Source of the DNA: a virus
Taxonomy: Duplodnaviria > Heunggongvirae > Uroviricota > Caudoviricetes
IMG/VR virus record: IMGVR_UViG_2734482570_000015
Reading direction: 5' to 3' (one strand)
Length of the DNA: 44,534 nt
In this document: piece by piece, positions 42,983-44,534 of the stretch
Layout: each line of letters begins with the position of its first letter
Position numbering within the stretch: position 1 is the first letter of the stretch
Notes under the pieces: model-generated
What the model saw: the letters and a program-made list of their open reading frames with translations, nothing else
Told to the model about the DNA's origin: nothing
Database searches by the model: none
Program-made: the position numbers and the translations under genes

Positions 42983-43081
42983 ATTGCATTGTATTCAAAT
43001 TAAAACTTCATAGCTGATTATTAATAATCAACATCGGGCGTCAATTTAAGTCTAACATTGGCGCCTGCCAGAGGTGATGCG

Positions 43082-43297
43082 ATGGCACAAGTAATCTTTA
43101 ATGAAGAGTGGATGGTTGAATACGGCCTGATGCTTCGCACTGGTCTGGGGGCCAGACAAATTGAAGCATACCGCCAGAACTGTTGGGTGGAAGGCTTCCA
43201 CTTCAAACGAGTATCTCCTTTAGGGAAGCCAGACAGTAAGCGAGGGATTATCTGGTATAACTATCCAAAGATAAATCAGTTTATCAAAGACTCATGA
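43082..43297 (+). CDS. xisR: Excisionase
   Basis: 71 aa beginning [32 protein letters not shown]; immediately upstream of the integrase gene. Confidence 0.75.
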   Translation: MAQVIFNEEWMVEYGLMLRTGLGARQIEAYRQNCWVEGFHFKRVSPLGKPDSKRGIIWYNYPKINQFIKDS

Positions 43298-43298
43298 T

Positions 43299-44534
43299 AT
43301 GTCTAAATTACCAACAGGTGTCGAGATTCGAGGTAAATACATTCGCATCTGGTTCATGTTTCGAGGAAAACGATGTCGGGAAACATTGAAAGGCTGGGAG
43401 GTTACTAACAGTAACATTAAAAAAGCCGGGAATTTAAGAGCGTTGATAGTTCATGAAATCAATTCCGGTGAGTTTGAGTATTTAAGACGTTTTCCCCAGT
43501 CCAGCACTGGGGCAAAAATGGTGACAACGAGGGTCATAAAAACGTTCGGGGAGCTTTGTGATATCTGGACAAAAATTAAAGAAACAGAGTTAACAACAAA
43601 CACAATGAAGAAAACGAAATCACAATTAAAAACACTCAGGATAATAATTTGTGAGAGTACTCCGATATCGCATATTCGTTATAGCGATATCTTAAACTAC
43701 CGGAATGAACTGCTGCATGGAGAAACGCTTTACCTGGATAATCCAAGATCCAACAAAAAAGGAAGAACCGTGCGCACAGTTGATAACTATATCGCCCTGC
43801 TCTGTTCGTTGTTACGTTTTGCGTATCAGTCGGGATTTATATCAACCAAACCATTTGAAGGAGTAAAGAAATTACAGAGAAACAGAATAAAGCCTGACCC
43901 GTTATCTAAAACAGAATTCAATGCATTAATGGAAAGTGAAAAAGGACAGAGCCAGAACTTGTGGAAATTTGCCGTATACTCCGGGCTTCGTCACGGGGAA
44001 CTGGCTGCTCTGGCGTGGGAGGATGTGGATTTCGAGAAGGGAGTTGTGAATGTCAGAAGAAACCTGACGATACTGGATATGTTCGGTCCCCCAAAAACAA
44101 ATGCGGGGATCCGGACGGTAACACTACTGCAGCCTGCTCTTGAAGCACTGAAGGAGCAATACAAACTGACCGGGCATCATCGCAAAAGCGAAATCACTTT
44201 TTATCATCGGGAGTACGGCAGAACCGAAAAGCAAAAACTGCATTTTGTTTTCATGCCCAGAGTGTGTAACGGAAAACAGAAACCTTATTACTCGGTAAGC
44301 AGTTTGGGTGCGAGATGGAATGCAGCAGTAAAACGTGCTGGTATTCGCCGCCGTAATCCGTACCATACGCGGCATACTTTTGCCTGCTGGCTGTTGACGG
44401 CAGGAGCGAACCCGGCGTTTATAGCCAGCCAGATGGGGCATGAAACTGCGCAGATGGTGTATGAAATTTACGGTATGTGGATTGATGACATGAACGACGA
44501 ACAGGTAGCCATGTTGAATGCGCGGTTATCGTAG
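43299..44534 (+). CDS. intR: Tyrosine integrase IntR
   Basis: 411 aa with C-terminal catalytic residues (HTRHTFACWLL...MGHETAQMVYEIY); stop codon at the window end. Confidence 0.9.
   Translation: MSKLPTGVEIRGKYIRIWFMFRGKRCRETLKGWEVTNSNIKKAGNLRALIVHEINSGEFEYLRRFPQSSTGAKMVTTRVIKTFGELCDIWTKIKETELTTNTMKKTKSQLKTLRIIICESTPISHIRYSDILNYRNELLHGETLYLDNPRSNKKGRTVRTVDNYIALLCSLLRFAYQSGFISTKPFEGVKKLQRNRIKPDPLSKTEFNALMESEKGQSQNLWKFAVYSGLRHGELAALAWEDVDFEKGVVNVRRNLTILDMFGPPKTNAGIRTVTLLQPALEALKEQYKLTGHHRKSEITFYHREYGRTEKQKLHFVFMPRVCNGKQKPYYSVSSLGARWNAAVKRAGIRRRNPYHTRHTFACWLLTAGANPAFIASQMGHETAQMVYEIYGMWIDDMNDEQVAMLNARLS

Overview
This window is a near-complete lambdoid prophage of the E. coli Rac type, running from the tail-fibre end (host-specificity gene J, truncated at the window start) to the integrase (stop codon at the last base of the window). 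Gene identities were assigned by reading the supplied ORF translations against remembered protein families; no database search was run, so family names are recollection plus sequence motifs. Minus strand, 1-28826: lambda-like tail genes (J, I, K, L, M, tape measure, G/G-T chaperone with a -1 frameshift site, major tail), head genes (capsid, scaffold, Mu-F-like morphogenesis protein, portal, terminase large and small), a ParB-like plus glycosyltransferase-like pair, the trkG potassium-transporter moron, a phage-21-type lysis cassette (pinholin, SAR endolysin, Rz/Rz1), two TolA-domain-III-like lipoproteins, antiterminator Q and Nin-region genes. Then a visibly AT-rich accessory island (about 28830-32700) carrying a 28-aa hydrophobic peptide ORF, a YeaR/DUF1971-like gene and a two-gene cassette of unknown function. 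Then the Rac replication/immunity module (ydaW-like, ydaV, ydaU, ydaT, ydaS, racR) and, on the plus strand, the early-left operon (ydaG, ydaF, kilR, ydaE, racC, recE, recT, ralR, ydaC, xisR, intR), with sieB on the minus strand. The strongest candidate for an undescribed system is the low-GC two-gene cassette at 30599-32638 (an R-x4-H HEPN-like motif protein plus a partner with a GNAT-like C-terminus). Other notable points: the tandem TolA-III-like lipoproteins with their own promoter, an in-frame TAG inside the tape measure gene, an in-frame TGA inside ralR, and two N-runs with a roughly 350-bp near-duplicate inside J that look like an assembly artefact. No tRNA, rRNA, CRISPR array or IS element was seen.
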